From NCBI GenBank assembly GCA_030753015.1, contig JASMDC010000009.1, forward strand, positions 1 to 64,000: a DNA stretch of 64,000 bases, written 5' to 3'. The notes under the pieces are model-generated. The model saw only the letters and a list, made by a program, of their open reading frames with translations, ran no database searches and had not been told where the DNA came from. Position 1 is the first letter of the stretch. The number at the start of each line of letters is the position of its first letter. Both the position numbers and the translations under genes were made by a program. Shown here one piece after another: positions 17,088-26,420 of the stretch. The DNA is from Candidatus Undinarchaeales archaeon. Lineage in GTDB: Archaea > SpSt-1190 > JASMDC01.

Positions 17088-19850
17088 TCACGAGCCGGAC
17101 CGGAGCACGCGTATTCGCGCGGCGGGGATGTCACCGGAGCGCATGACGAGTGCCGTACCTTCGTCCAGGAGCGAGTCGAGTGAAATCCGCAGGGCGCTCC
17201 TGCCCTCGAGCGAGACATCGATGTGCCGGACGGACGCGGTCGCCTTGAGCACAACATCCGTCCGGGCTGCGGACGCTGACGCTTCAACCGTGATCGGCGG
17301 GATGACCTCGGGCAGGACGGAAGAACGGGGTTCTGGACGGATGTCCACGAAGATCGTGTCCCTATCGATGTGCAAGGAGGTCCGTATGGCGCCACCTTTG
17401 ATCTTGTTGATGACATCGGATATCAACGAGAAACCGCTTTCCACATCGCTGTCATCCGTGAGCGCATTAAGGAACCAGAAGTCCCTGCCCTTGAACGCCC
17501 GCCGTACGAGAAGTGGCTCACCGTCCTCGTACCGCCAGACGACGGTAGCATCATCATGGAGAACAGGCTGTGACCTCCCGACGATCTTCGGACGTTCCGG
17601 GAGCACTCCTGCCTCGGGCTGGGTGACGACTGCCTCCACGGATCCAGTTGGCAACCGGACTGGGCTCGCCTCCCCGAGCACGCCCGCGGCCATCTCGGGG
17701 CTCGCCGAAACGTCCCCTAGGGTGAAGATGACGGCGACGCGCAGGTCCGTCGCAGGAAGGACCTCCTCGAGCTTCTGGTTCATAACGACCGCTTCCCGCG
17801 AAACGTTCGCCGTGAAGGTATTGGCCATATGGAACAGCGGGGGCATCACGCTCTCGAGAAGGATGAGGTTCGGCGGGATGTTCGAGCTGTCGAACGGAGG
17901 GCTGCCTGGGGAATGCTGTGAGATGCTCAGGTGACCCGTGCCCGGCCAGATCCGGTCCGTGTTCAGGATGAAAGACCATGCGAGACCTTCTGTGGATCCG
18001 TCGAGGGGGAGCGTCAACGAGTGTGGCGCGCTCTGCGAGAGGGAGCCTGACGTGAACATGTTGCAGGGCAGGAGCACCGAGCGGTCGTCGTTGTAGGACC
18101 GGGCGTCCGCAAGGGAGACGTGACGTGGGAACGTGATCGTGTCCCGTCTGGGGCCAACAAGGGCCTCGAAGGGACGGGGCGGGGATGGGAACAGGGGTAT
18201 GGACGTCCACATAGCCCTATCCTCGGGGGGTATGCTGCCAAGGTTGCTCTGCTCGATCGCGTCCGTGTCCCATCGCGCCAGTGTCCCGAGCCCGAGGATG
18301 ACCAGCATACATGTGATTGCGACGATGACAGAAGCTGTGCGCCGGCCTCGCTCCCTGACGACAGCATCCGATCCGATCGCGATGCATGCGGTGGGCACGG
18401 CCAGTACCAGGAACGGATAGGTCACGATCTCCATGTTCCCCCCCCAGGAGGCGAGGAGGCACATGATGATGAGCGGGGGACCCGCCCAGAGCGCAAGGGG
18501 GAGAAGTGTCCTAGGACGTTCCGACGCGAGGGTGATGAGCCCGAGGACGCCTGCCGACACGAGGAGGATACCAAACATCCGTGCCAGTGTCAGCAGCATG
18601 ATGACGCCGCCGGGGAAGGGCAGGTTCATGGGACGGACGATGTCCTCGCGGAAGGGCCAGTTAAGTGGCATGTGAGTCGTGATCTCGGTACCGAGGAGAG
18701 GGAGCCGGTGAACCAGGGGGTCCGAGGCGTACTTAAGCTCGTTGGTGAGGATGTCACCGAATAGGTACTGATGCCCGAAGAGGTAGGGGAAGAGCGCCAT
18801 GACGATGGCCGCGATGAGCGCCATGGACGACAGGGTCCGGGACGCCTTTCCCGGCTGGAAGGCCAGGAACGCAGGCAGTGCAAGAGCCGAGGCCGCCATG
18901 ATGTGGCGCACGCCGACGAGGGCGCCGAATACGAGGCCAGCGGCCATCGAGCGCCGCACAGCCCCCGGGCGCCGGTCGAGCAGGAGCGTGATGACGAGGG
19001 CCGAGAGGAGCAGACCGTACAGGTTCTCGTTGGGGGCCGTCACCGTCATGACGACGGGATTGACCATTGCTACCGTTGCCGTGATGACCGCTGGCCAGTG
19101 GCCCACCGATAACCGTCGTGAGAGGACGTACAGAGCGAGGGCGCAGAGGGCGCGTGTCAGGATAACGAAGAAGTGGACGCCCATGAAGCGCAGCGTCCCG
19201 AGGAAGGGTGTGAGGAGCACCGGGTAGCCCAGCTGAGCGTTGCGGAAGTAGGGTACCCGCATGACCATACCTCCATCGTTGATATTCTCGCGAAGTGTCC
19301 CCGGCAGGTCGACACGGAACCTGCACTGGTGGTCGTCGGGACAGGTCATCGCCATGTCCTGGGGTAGGGAACGGGGGGGTATGAGCTCCGCGATGGTATC
19401 CGCATTGAGGCGACACCGCTCGGGGAGACCGAGGAGGTATCGCACGGCATGGAAGGAACATCGGCTGTACAGCGAGTGGTACGAGGGATCGTACGCGTTC
19501 CAGTGGACGACCGAGACGAGGATGAGCATGGCAACGAGGGAGAGCACGTGGATCCTGCAGGGCATCTCGATCTGCGAGGGCCTCGCCCATCCGAACACGC
19601 GACCGAGGCCAACCGAAGAGATCGTGATGGCAAGGGCTGCCACGAGTAGGGTCCCGGTCCCGACATACCCACCAAGGATGAAGGCGAGCGTCGTCGAGAG
19701 CGTGCCAGTGGAGACGGTCCCAAGAACGAGGGTGAATAGCACGAGCTCCTCCAGACGCCGGGAACCGATCAGGAGGCGCTCGAGGGCCAGACCGGGGGCA
19801 CAAACGACGGCCGTGAGCAGAACGAGCTCGAGGCCAAGGAGGATGAGCAT
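17088..19850 (-). CDS. Large multipass membrane protein, GT-C (ArnT/PMT-like) glycosyltransferase-like
   Basis: About 13 TMs with an extracytoplasmic loop before LGYPVLL, NENLYG, AGLVFG..VRH; soluble C-terminal region. Function tentative. Confidence 0.55.
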   Translation of the reverse strand: MLILLGLELVLLTAVVCAPGLALERLLIGSRRLEELVLFTLVLGTVSTGTLSTTLAFILGGYVGTGTLLVAALAITISSVGLGRVFGWARPSQIEMPCRIHVLSLVAMLILVSVVHWNAYDPSYHSLYSRCSFHAVRYLLGLPERCRLNADTIAELIPPRSLPQDMAMTCPDDHQCRFRVDLPGTLRENINDGGMVMRVPYFRNAQLGYPVLLTPFLGTLRFMGVHFFVILTRALCALALYVLSRRLSVGHWPAVITATVAMVNPVVMTVTAPNENLYGLLLSALVITLLLDRRPGAVRRSMAAGLVFGALVGVRHIMAASALALPAFLAFQPGKASRTLSSMALIAAIVMALFPYLFGHQYLFGDILTNELKYASDPLVHRLPLLGTEITTHMPLNWPFREDIVRPMNLPFPGGVIMLLTLARMFGILLVSAGVLGLITLASERPRTLLPLALWAGPPLIIMCLLASWGGNMEIVTYPFLVLAVPTACIAIGSDAVVRERGRRTASVIVAITCMLVILGLGTLARWDTDAIEQSNLGSIPPEDRAMWTSIPLFPSPPRPFEALVGPRRDTITFPRHVSLADARSYNDDRSVLLPCNMFTSGSLSQSAPHSLTLPLDGSTEGLAWSFILNTDRIWPGTGHLSISQHSPGSPPFDSSNIPPNLILLESVMPPLFHMANTFTANVSREAVVMNQKLEEVLPATDLRVAVIFTLGDVSASPEMAAGVLGEASPVRLPTGSVEAVVTQPEAGVLPERPKIVGRSQPVLHDDATVVWRYEDGEPLLVRRAFKGRDFWFLNALTDDSDVESGFSLISDVINKIKGGAIRTSLHIDRDTIFVDIRPEPRSSVLPEVIPPITVEASASAARTDVVLKATASVRHIDVSLEGRSALRISLDSLLDEGTALVMRSGDIPAARIRVLRSGS

Positions 19851-19852
19851 CT

Positions 19853-21181
19853 CTATTTAGGTCGGCCCCCTTTCTCATCGGGGATCAGGAGGACGTAACC
19901 GAGGGCCACCACGGTGAGGACGCCTATGAGGGCCGCGGTGGTGTCCGTCCCTGATGTCGACGTGGGGGGTAACGGTGTCGGGACGCACTGGCCGTCCACA
20001 CACATGTCCCCCGGAGAGCAGATACCGTCCCCGCAGGACGCTCCGACAGCCCCCGCTACAGGTGAAGCATTGGTAGGCAGTGTGCGCGGGGGCACGGGGA
20101 AGTCGCCGACGACCTCGTCGTAGTTCTCGGCCAGGACGAGCGGCACCCGTCGCTCGACGTGGAAACCCGTCTCAAGACCTCCGCTTATCGTCCCTTCGCC
20201 CAGCGAATGGATTGTGCACTGGAGGCTGTACCGTCCGGCATACCAGACAATGTGGTCGGACGTCAGCACGATGGCCACCTCGACGGCGTCCTCGCCCGTT
20301 GCGGGCTGAGGGTTGCATATATCCGGGACAAGGGTGCCCGTTCCGCAGAGGTCCAGGTTGATAGCGTTGTCCTCGTTCTGCCCAACGATACGGCACTTAG
20401 CGTACCACTCCATGAAGAACGTCGTGACCTCTATGGTCGCGGTGACGCGCTCGATCTCGTCCTCCCACATGGACGGAAGACCGGTGAAAGGTGTCCCCAG
20501 CCGGATCGCCGTCATGATGCTGTTGACCTTGTTGATCTCGCCAGTCACTGGATCAGTCCAGTACACGACCTTCTCGAACGAGATGCACGTCGAGCATGCA
20601 TCGTCCCAGGACGGGCAGGGTGTGTCGTTGACGCAGACAGTGAAGTAATGTTTGCCAGGTCCGAAGAATTGAAGTGGAGCGTCGATCGATGCGCTCGTCC
20701 GCGTTGCGTCCACGGTGGCGGTTCCAAGCACAGGTGCCGTCTCGGGCGTTGAATCAACAGTGTGTCTGAATACGAACATGGTCGCGGGTGCAGTGACCTG
20801 GATGCCGTCGACGCGCAGCGTCACGGGCTCCGTGTTAAACGTAGGATTTACATGCTCCCCCGAGTTCATACCCTCGGGGATCCCCGGTTCCACACTCTCG
20901 GGGGCACAGTACTCCGAGGGGTATCCCTCAGGGCTGACCCCGCGCGGATCATCGAACCATATACAGCCGGGCAGAGACTGGCATTCCTCGGGCGATTTGA
21001 GTTGGTCGCACTGCGCCCTTTCGTTAGGATCGCGGGTAGCGGGGAGGCTCCAGACCGTGGAGATGTCCGGATCGAAGGTGATGCCGCCGGTGATCGAGAT
21101 ATTCTCCACACCCAGCGCAGGGACGGTGATGCTCATGACCATGAACAGGACGACTGCCACGGTAGAGTACGTTCGTGCCAT
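19853..21181 (-). CDS. Secreted Cys-containing surface protein with Thr/Pro linker and C-terminal TM
   Basis: Signal MARTYSTVAVVLFMVMSITVPALG; SCGDGICSPGDMCVDGQC; TM plus basic tail. Confidence 0.75.
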   Translation of the reverse strand: MARTYSTVAVVLFMVMSITVPALGVENISITGGITFDPDISTVWSLPATRDPNERAQCDQLKSPEECQSLPGCIWFDDPRGVSPEGYPSEYCAPESVEPGIPEGMNSGEHVNPTFNTEPVTLRVDGIQVTAPATMFVFRHTVDSTPETAPVLGTATVDATRTSASIDAPLQFFGPGKHYFTVCVNDTPCPSWDDACSTCISFEKVVYWTDPVTGEINKVNSIMTAIRLGTPFTGLPSMWEDEIERVTATIEVTTFFMEWYAKCRIVGQNEDNAINLDLCGTGTLVPDICNPQPATGEDAVEVAIVLTSDHIVWYAGRYSLQCTIHSLGEGTISGGLETGFHVERRVPLVLAENYDEVVGDFPVPPRTLPTNASPVAGAVGASCGDGICSPGDMCVDGQCVPTPLPPTSTSGTDTTAALIGVLTVVALGYVLLIPDEKGGRPK

Positions 21182-21288
21182 GATAAAGGGAATACACTTC
21201 TGAAGTAATAAAGCTCTTCTTTCCAAGGTCCCACTTCGGCGCCACCTTTCACAAACACGTTTAAGGTTATTTGACCCTCTTCATCCCG

Positions 21289-22419
21289 ATGGGCAAGTTC
21301 ATGAACTGTCTGACCATCGGTATCGGGCAGGCAGGGAACCTTGCCGTCAACAACCTCTACTCTTCGGGTGCATCCTCGGACGTGGAGGCGACGGTGAAGA
21401 AGGTCACCGGCGAGCGCTGGGACTACTTCCGCCCCATCCTCGTCAACACCGATGAGACAGACCTGGCCCAGGCCAAGAACATCAGCAAGAACAACAAGAT
21501 ACACGTCTCCGCTCACGGTGCTGGTGGTAAGTTCGAGTGGGGTGTGCGCATCGCTCGGGCCCACGAGGACATACTCTTCCAGCGCATCAGGGCGCTCACC
21601 GTCGAGCAGGGATTCAAGCCCAACTTCGTGTTCCTCATACACTCCCTGGGCGGTGGGACCGGTAGCGGGTTCACACCGATCATCGCCGAGATCGCCGAGC
21701 GCATCCGGTACGAGGCAGGGATGGGGGAGAACGAGTTCTCCATCGTGGACGTGCCCTTCCTCCCATTCCGCTACCAGAAGGGCGATATCGAGGACAACAT
21801 CATCCATTGCCTCAACGAGATGCTCCGCAAGGTCGATGGTGTGCTCATGGTCGACCTGGAGCACTTCTACGATCGTATCCCGCCCCAGTTCAAGCACGAT
21901 CCCAACAATCCGCTCACCGTGGACAAGCTTCTCGAGGCCGTGGACATGGACGCCATGATGGCCATCCGTCTGCTCACCGTGTTCGGCTCGGGGACATCCA
22001 GCGTAATCGAGGGACAGGTGGCGGACGTGGCCGACATCAAGGCCACCATCTCCTCGGGCGCATTCTCCGTCATCGGCGTGAACAGGACCCCTGTGGACGA
22101 CAAGGGCAACCCCTCGGTGGGCATCCCTCACCTGGTGCGCGCCACCATGGTGGAGAAGATGAGCGCCGCCTCGGACTTCAAGAAGGCAAACGGTGCCCTC
22201 CTTCTCATCAAGGGACCCAAGGCGCCCTCCATCAAGGATATGCGTACCGCCATAGACATCATCCACCAGGAGATCGGTGAGAAGACCGTCCGCGAAGCCT
22301 ATGCCATCATCCCTAACGCGGACAAGTACGAAGTGGTGCTGATCCTGGCCGGTGTGACGCTCACCCGTCTTGAGAAGATCCTCGACGATGTCGAGGAGCG
22401 TAAACAGGGGGGTAGTTGA
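21289..22419 (+). CDS. Tubulin/FtsZ-superfamily GTPase (CetZ/FtsZ3-like)
   Basis: GIGQAGN, LVNTD, GAGG, signature HSLGGGTGSG, T7-like DVADI; no FtsZ C-terminal tail; TTTAAG at 21260-21265 upstream. Confidence 0.9.
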   Translation: MGKFMNCLTIGIGQAGNLAVNNLYSSGASSDVEATVKKVTGERWDYFRPILVNTDETDLAQAKNISKNNKIHVSAHGAGGKFEWGVRIARAHEDILFQRIRALTVEQGFKPNFVFLIHSLGGGTGSGFTPIIAEIAERIRYEAGMGENEFSIVDVPFLPFRYQKGDIEDNIIHCLNEMLRKVDGVLMVDLEHFYDRIPPQFKHDPNNPLTVDKLLEAVDMDAMMAIRLLTVFGSGTSSVIEGQVADVADIKATISSGAFSVIGVNRTPVDDKGNPSVGIPHLVRATMVEKMSAASDFKKANGALLLIKGPKAPSIKDMRTAIDIIHQEIGEKTVREAYAIIPNADKYEVVLILAGVTLTRLEKILDDVEERKQGGS

Positions 22420-23697
22420 GTGTTCGACGTGAACCTGGGCGGGATCGATCCCCTGCTGCTCATCCCCGTCGTCACCCTCTCCCTCGCGCTCATCGGTTAC
22501 GTGCTCGTCAAGCTGTTCGGTGGGAAGAAGCCCGCGGTGGGCTCGCAGAGCGCTCCGTCAGGTATCCAGGCATCGGAGCTAATCGACTCCTGGGGCACTA
22601 CAACAGCACCGGACAACGTATACCAAGCGACCGCTCCTGATGAGATCACGGGGAAGAAGGCGGACTTCGGTGACAAGACCCGCCTCAAGCGCGCGCTTCT
22701 CGGACCGCTGGCCGTGATGCTGTACGACCTGCTCTCCAAGGACTTCCTGCGCAGCTACCATAACAAGGTCGAGGTCGGGTACACCAAGGTCTACCCTGGC
22801 GAGAAGGAGATCGAGGTCGTCCCGCCCCGCTTCATCGGCGAGGACTTCCTGATCTTCGCGGTGGTGGGCGGCATTATCGTGTGCGCATTGGCGCTGGGCA
22901 TGGGCTATATGTTCCAGGGCGGGATGCTGGCCATGGGCTTCGCTGCTCTGGTCGGTTTCGGTTTCGGTTTCACCATGGTGTTCCTCATGCCCATCTTCAC
23001 CTTCGAGAGGCGCAAGGACGAGATCGAGGCCCACCTCCCTGACGTGCTCGAGCAGCTGTCGACCATGTCCGGGATGAAGAACATGGACGAGATCATACGG
23101 TACCTCGCCGAGACCCGACTGGGGGCCGTGTCCGAGGAGTTCGCCATCGGAAACCATATCCTCCGCCGCAACCTCAACCTCAACCTCGCTCTCGACCGCA
23201 TACGTGAGCGCTCCGAGTCCAAGACCGTGGGGCGTGTGCTCAACCTCCTCAACGAGGGGGCCAGACGCGGAGTGGACGTCTCCGACGCGGCCAAGAAGAT
23301 GGCCGAGAGCATGCGCAACAAGCATATGATCCTCCGTGAGCGCTCAGCATCACTCTCACTACAGCGCTATACACTGCTGACGGCAGCGGCCATCCTTGTG
23401 CCCCTTATCCTCGGCATCGTGTGGGGCATCTCCCAGTCCCTCTCGGGATTCGGCAGTGGCGATGCCCTGGCGGGCTCGGGTATCAAGTTCGATCCGAAGA
23501 AGGCAGAGCTGGTGCTCATGACCGTGCGTCAGGTGTTCGGTATCTATGTGGTGATCCATGCTGTCGAGGCGTCGTTCTCGGTAGCACGACAGGAGGGCGA
23601 TGTGAAGCGGGCGGTAATCTATCTGGCGCCCCTGGCCGCGATCTCGTACCTCGTGTTCGACAATGTATGCGATCTGGCCGCGACCATGTTCGTGTGA
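22420..23697 (+). CDS. Type II secretion system F-family / archaeal pilus platform protein (PilC/TadC-like)
   Basis: RKDEIEAHLPDVLEQLS, LGAVSEEF, ALDRIRERSES..VGRVL..L.EG.RRG; TM pattern; starts immediately after the tubulin-family stop. Confidence 0.88.
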   Translation: MFDVNLGGIDPLLLIPVVTLSLALIGYVLVKLFGGKKPAVGSQSAPSGIQASELIDSWGTTTAPDNVYQATAPDEITGKKADFGDKTRLKRALLGPLAVMLYDLLSKDFLRSYHNKVEVGYTKVYPGEKEIEVVPPRFIGEDFLIFAVVGGIIVCALALGMGYMFQGGMLAMGFAALVGFGFGFTMVFLMPIFTFERRKDEIEAHLPDVLEQLSTMSGMKNMDEIIRYLAETRLGAVSEEFAIGNHILRRNLNLNLALDRIRERSESKTVGRVLNLLNEGARRGVDVSDAAKKMAESMRNKHMILRERSASLSLQRYTLLTAAAILVPLILGIVWGISQSLSGFGSGDALAGSGIKFDPKKAELVLMTVRQVFGIYVVIHAVEASFSVARQEGDVKRAVIYLAPLAAISYLVFDNVCDLAATMFV

Positions 23698-23749
23698 ACC
23701 GGGGCCCGACCCACGGTTTTATATGCTCTAGCCGCTATATCAATCCTTG

Positions 23750-24916
23750 ATGGCGATGGAGCTCTCCACGCCAGCCCTGCTCGTGCTGGCCGTCACGCCT
23801 GGCCTCTATCTCCTCTGGTACTTTTACAAGAAGGACGAGTATGAGCCCGAGCCCATGAGCCTGGTCATGAAGACCTTCGTGGCAGGTGCCGTGATGGTGT
23901 TCCCCGCCGCCCTGCTCGAATCATGGCTCATGGTGGGACCATTCCTGATCACCGAGGAGGCCGGATGGTGGTTCGTGTTCATCGCCTCATTCTTCATAAT
24001 CGGGCCCGTGGAGGAGTACTTCAAGCTCCGGGCCGTGATGAAGAACGCTTTCGACTCGCCGGAGTTCAACGAGCCAATGGACGGCATCGTGTACTGCTCC
24101 GCGGCCTCTCTGGGTTTCGCCAGCTTGGAGAACATCTTCTACGTCGTGGGCACAGGGGATGCTCTTGTGGGCATTGCCCGGGCCGTGCTCTCGGTCCCGG
24201 GTCACGCCTTCATGGGAGTGCTCATGGGGTACTGGGTCGGCAAGGCAAAGATGGAGCCCGAGAACAAGGACAAGTACATCACGATCGGTTTCCTGCTCGC
24301 GACCGTGCTCCACGGCCTCTATGACTTCCTCATCCTTTCTGGGCCCAATCCCCTGTTACTCATGTTCTTCCTCTACCTCTTCATGGGCACCCTGATCAAG
24401 CAGGGCAAGCAGGCCATCCAGGAGCACAGTGGCAACTCGCCCTTCCGGGCAGAGCTCGGCATCGGTGAGGAGGAGAATGTGCCGAGGGTGACCGACCGAC
24501 AGGCTAGCTACGAGTCCTGGCAGGAGTCGGTGAAGCCTCGCCCTGCCCGTAGGTCGGTCCCGCGCCCCGCAGCGGTCCGTGCCACCGGCCCGGCCCTCGA
24601 TGAGTGGGGTGATCCCCGGTTCTGCACCACCTGCGGACAGAACATCGAAGGCGAACGCGAGTATGTGGTGTGTGACGAGTGCGGGACCGCAGTGTGCGAG
24701 CAATGCGCAATTCTCGCTGATGACAGGGACCTGTGCCAGGCCTGCGCCAACGAGCCCGCGAACTGCGGTCAGTGCCGACGCGATATCCGGAACGACCGCG
24801 AGTACGCGGTCTGCGACTGGTGTTCAAAGTCCTTATGCACTAAATGCGCCGTCTCGGACGGCCACACTGAGCTGTGCCGTGACTGTGCTGGCTCCCTCGG
24901 GTTCGCAGCGGGATAG
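23750..24916 (+). CDS. prsW: PrsW-family intramembrane metalloprotease with two C-terminal 8-Cys Zn fingers
   Basis: DEYEPEP, PVEEYFK, DGIVY, LGFASLEN, HAF, HGLYD; two C-x2-C-x12-C-x2-C-x4-C-x2-C-x9-C-x2-C units. Confidence 0.92.
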   Translation: MAMELSTPALLVLAVTPGLYLLWYFYKKDEYEPEPMSLVMKTFVAGAVMVFPAALLESWLMVGPFLITEEAGWWFVFIASFFIIGPVEEYFKLRAVMKNAFDSPEFNEPMDGIVYCSAASLGFASLENIFYVVGTGDALVGIARAVLSVPGHAFMGVLMGYWVGKAKMEPENKDKYITIGFLLATVLHGLYDFLILSGPNPLLLMFFLYLFMGTLIKQGKQAIQEHSGNSPFRAELGIGEEENVPRVTDRQASYESWQESVKPRPARRSVPRPAAVRATGPALDEWGDPRFCTTCGQNIEGEREYVVCDECGTAVCEQCAILADDRDLCQACANEPANCGQCRRDIRNDREYAVCDWCSKSLCTKCAVSDGHTELCRDCAGSLGFAAG

Positions 24917-25033
24917 ATTTCGATTTCTTAGGGTCGCTTCCCAACCAACTCGTTCCTCTTTAAGAGGCTCCGACGACAGAACAATAGTATCGTCCGGGGA
25001 TGATCCCCCGGAGGACACGTAGGAAAGGTGACC

Positions 25034-25414
25034 ATGATGGAGACACAAGGGAACAACGTACCGGAGCTGGCGACCATGTTCCCCGCTGAAGCCGGTGAAC
25101 TTGCGGCTGCCACGTTGCCGAACCTCGAAACCAAGCGAGACCACTACCACCTCCTGCCTGAGCATAACTGCACTGTATGCGGGCGCCCATTGGAAGAACA
25201 ATGGGAATACCTCCCGTGTGACGCCTGCGGTGCCACCGTGTGCAGCGAGTGCATCGCCAAGGCCGACGGCCATCGTGTGTGCCCGGTGTGCACAAGCGAG
25301 CTCGAACCGTGGACGGGGCTCGATTCAGGCATCACCGGTGTCGAGACCGACGCCACCTGGGAGGACGACCTATCTGAATGGGGCGTGGAGGAAATCCCCG
25401 CCGCCTTCACATAA
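25034..25414 (+). CDS. Small acidic protein with one 8-Cys Zn finger
   Basis: CTVC-x12-CDAC-x4-CSEC-x9-CPVC, same spacing as the PrsW tail units; AGGTG RBS upstream. Confidence 0.75.
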   Translation: MMETQGNNVPELATMFPAEAGELAAATLPNLETKRDHYHLLPEHNCTVCGRPLEEQWEYLPCDACGATVCSECIAKADGHRVCPVCTSELEPWTGLDSGITGVETDATWEDDLSEWGVEEIPAAFT

Positions 25415-25483
25415 CATTTCTCCGAACAACGCCCCATGGGAAGGTTTATGAGGCCCTCCTCGACCCAGCTGATCCAGGATCCC

Positions 25484-26236
25484 ATGGAACGTCTCGTCCT
25501 CGTCGGCAGTGACCATACGACAAACGTCTATAATTCAGTCATGGAGCTGCTGGAACGGGAACGACCCGAAGCTATCACTCTTGAGTACGATGTGGACTCT
25601 GAGTGCCTGGACTCGGTCCTTGACATGACCGATGAGGAGCTCGATATCCTCGACCATATGCAGCAGCTGGACTTCCGCACCCAGACACGCGAAATGGGCG
25701 AGCTATCCCTCCAGCTCCCTTTCGACAACTACGACTCCGGGAGCGAACTGTACGCGGGCATCGTGTACGCACTGCGTACTGGTACGCCCATCTTTCTCAT
25801 CGACTACGGGCCGCGCTGGGAGCTGTCGCATGAGCTCGACCTCACCACTCCTGAGGGCCGGGCCGAGGTGCTCGATCCTACGTTGGAACCACGGCCACCA
25901 CCCATGTACCGCGGTCCGAACAAGGATACGGTGGACGAGGGGCGCTACTACCACGTGTTCGGGATGTACCGAAGCGGTACCCTGGACGACGCTGAGGTGT
26001 TCGCGGATGTCCCTGGCGAGCGCAAGGACGTCTCGGTCCGCAACCACTACATGGCCCGGGCCCTGGAACGCGTGTATGACCGTACCGAAGCGTCAACTAT
26101 CGTCCATATCGGCGGGAGCGGCCACTATGAGCCGACGGTATGCCTGCCCCTCCAGGACATGGTGGCTCCCGAGGAGATGGAGATCAGGACGCTGGCCGCA
26201 GGTGACCTAGTCGTGAACGAGCCCTATTCCGGGTAG
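25484..26236 (+). CDS. TraB/GumN (TIKI)-like protein
   Basis: LVLVGSDH, RPEAITLE, RNHYMA, VHIGGSGH match the H..E..RN..GxGH pattern of the superfamily. Start could be 25436. Confidence 0.6.
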   Translation: MERLVLVGSDHTTNVYNSVMELLERERPEAITLEYDVDSECLDSVLDMTDEELDILDHMQQLDFRTQTREMGELSLQLPFDNYDSGSELYAGIVYALRTGTPIFLIDYGPRWELSHELDLTTPEGRAEVLDPTLEPRPPPMYRGPNKDTVDEGRYYHVFGMYRSGTLDDAEVFADVPGERKDVSVRNHYMARALERVYDRTEASTIVHIGGSGHYEPTVCLPLQDMVAPEEMEIRTLAAGDLVVNEPYSG

Positions 26237-26244
26237 GGGTCGGT

Positions 26245-26420
26245 ACAACCCATACGAAAGGTACGTGAACTACCCCCCTACAAGCAGAGAGGCTTCCCGC
26301 TTCGACGCTGTCTCCAGCTCCACGGGCGCGTCGGGTGGTTCCCACCCTGAACGATCCTGAATGTTGATGGCAGCGTTCAGGTCACGGTCAATGGTAAGAC
26401 CACAGTTCCAGCACTCATGC
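26245..26420 (-). ncRNA. Predicted TnpB omegaRNA (reRNA) with flanking guide GTACCTTTCGTATGGGTTGT
   Basis: Inferred from known TnpB biology: the scaffold overlaps the tnpB 3' end and right end (ends TTCAC at 26265) and the guide is the adjacent flank. The 5' boundary is only approximate. Confidence 0.55.

Noticed and set aside
26245-26264. TnpB guides retargeted to host genes (domesticated regulator)
   Set aside because: I found no TAM+guide match elsewhere in the window by eye, and the nuclease residues are intact; a genome-wide search is needed.
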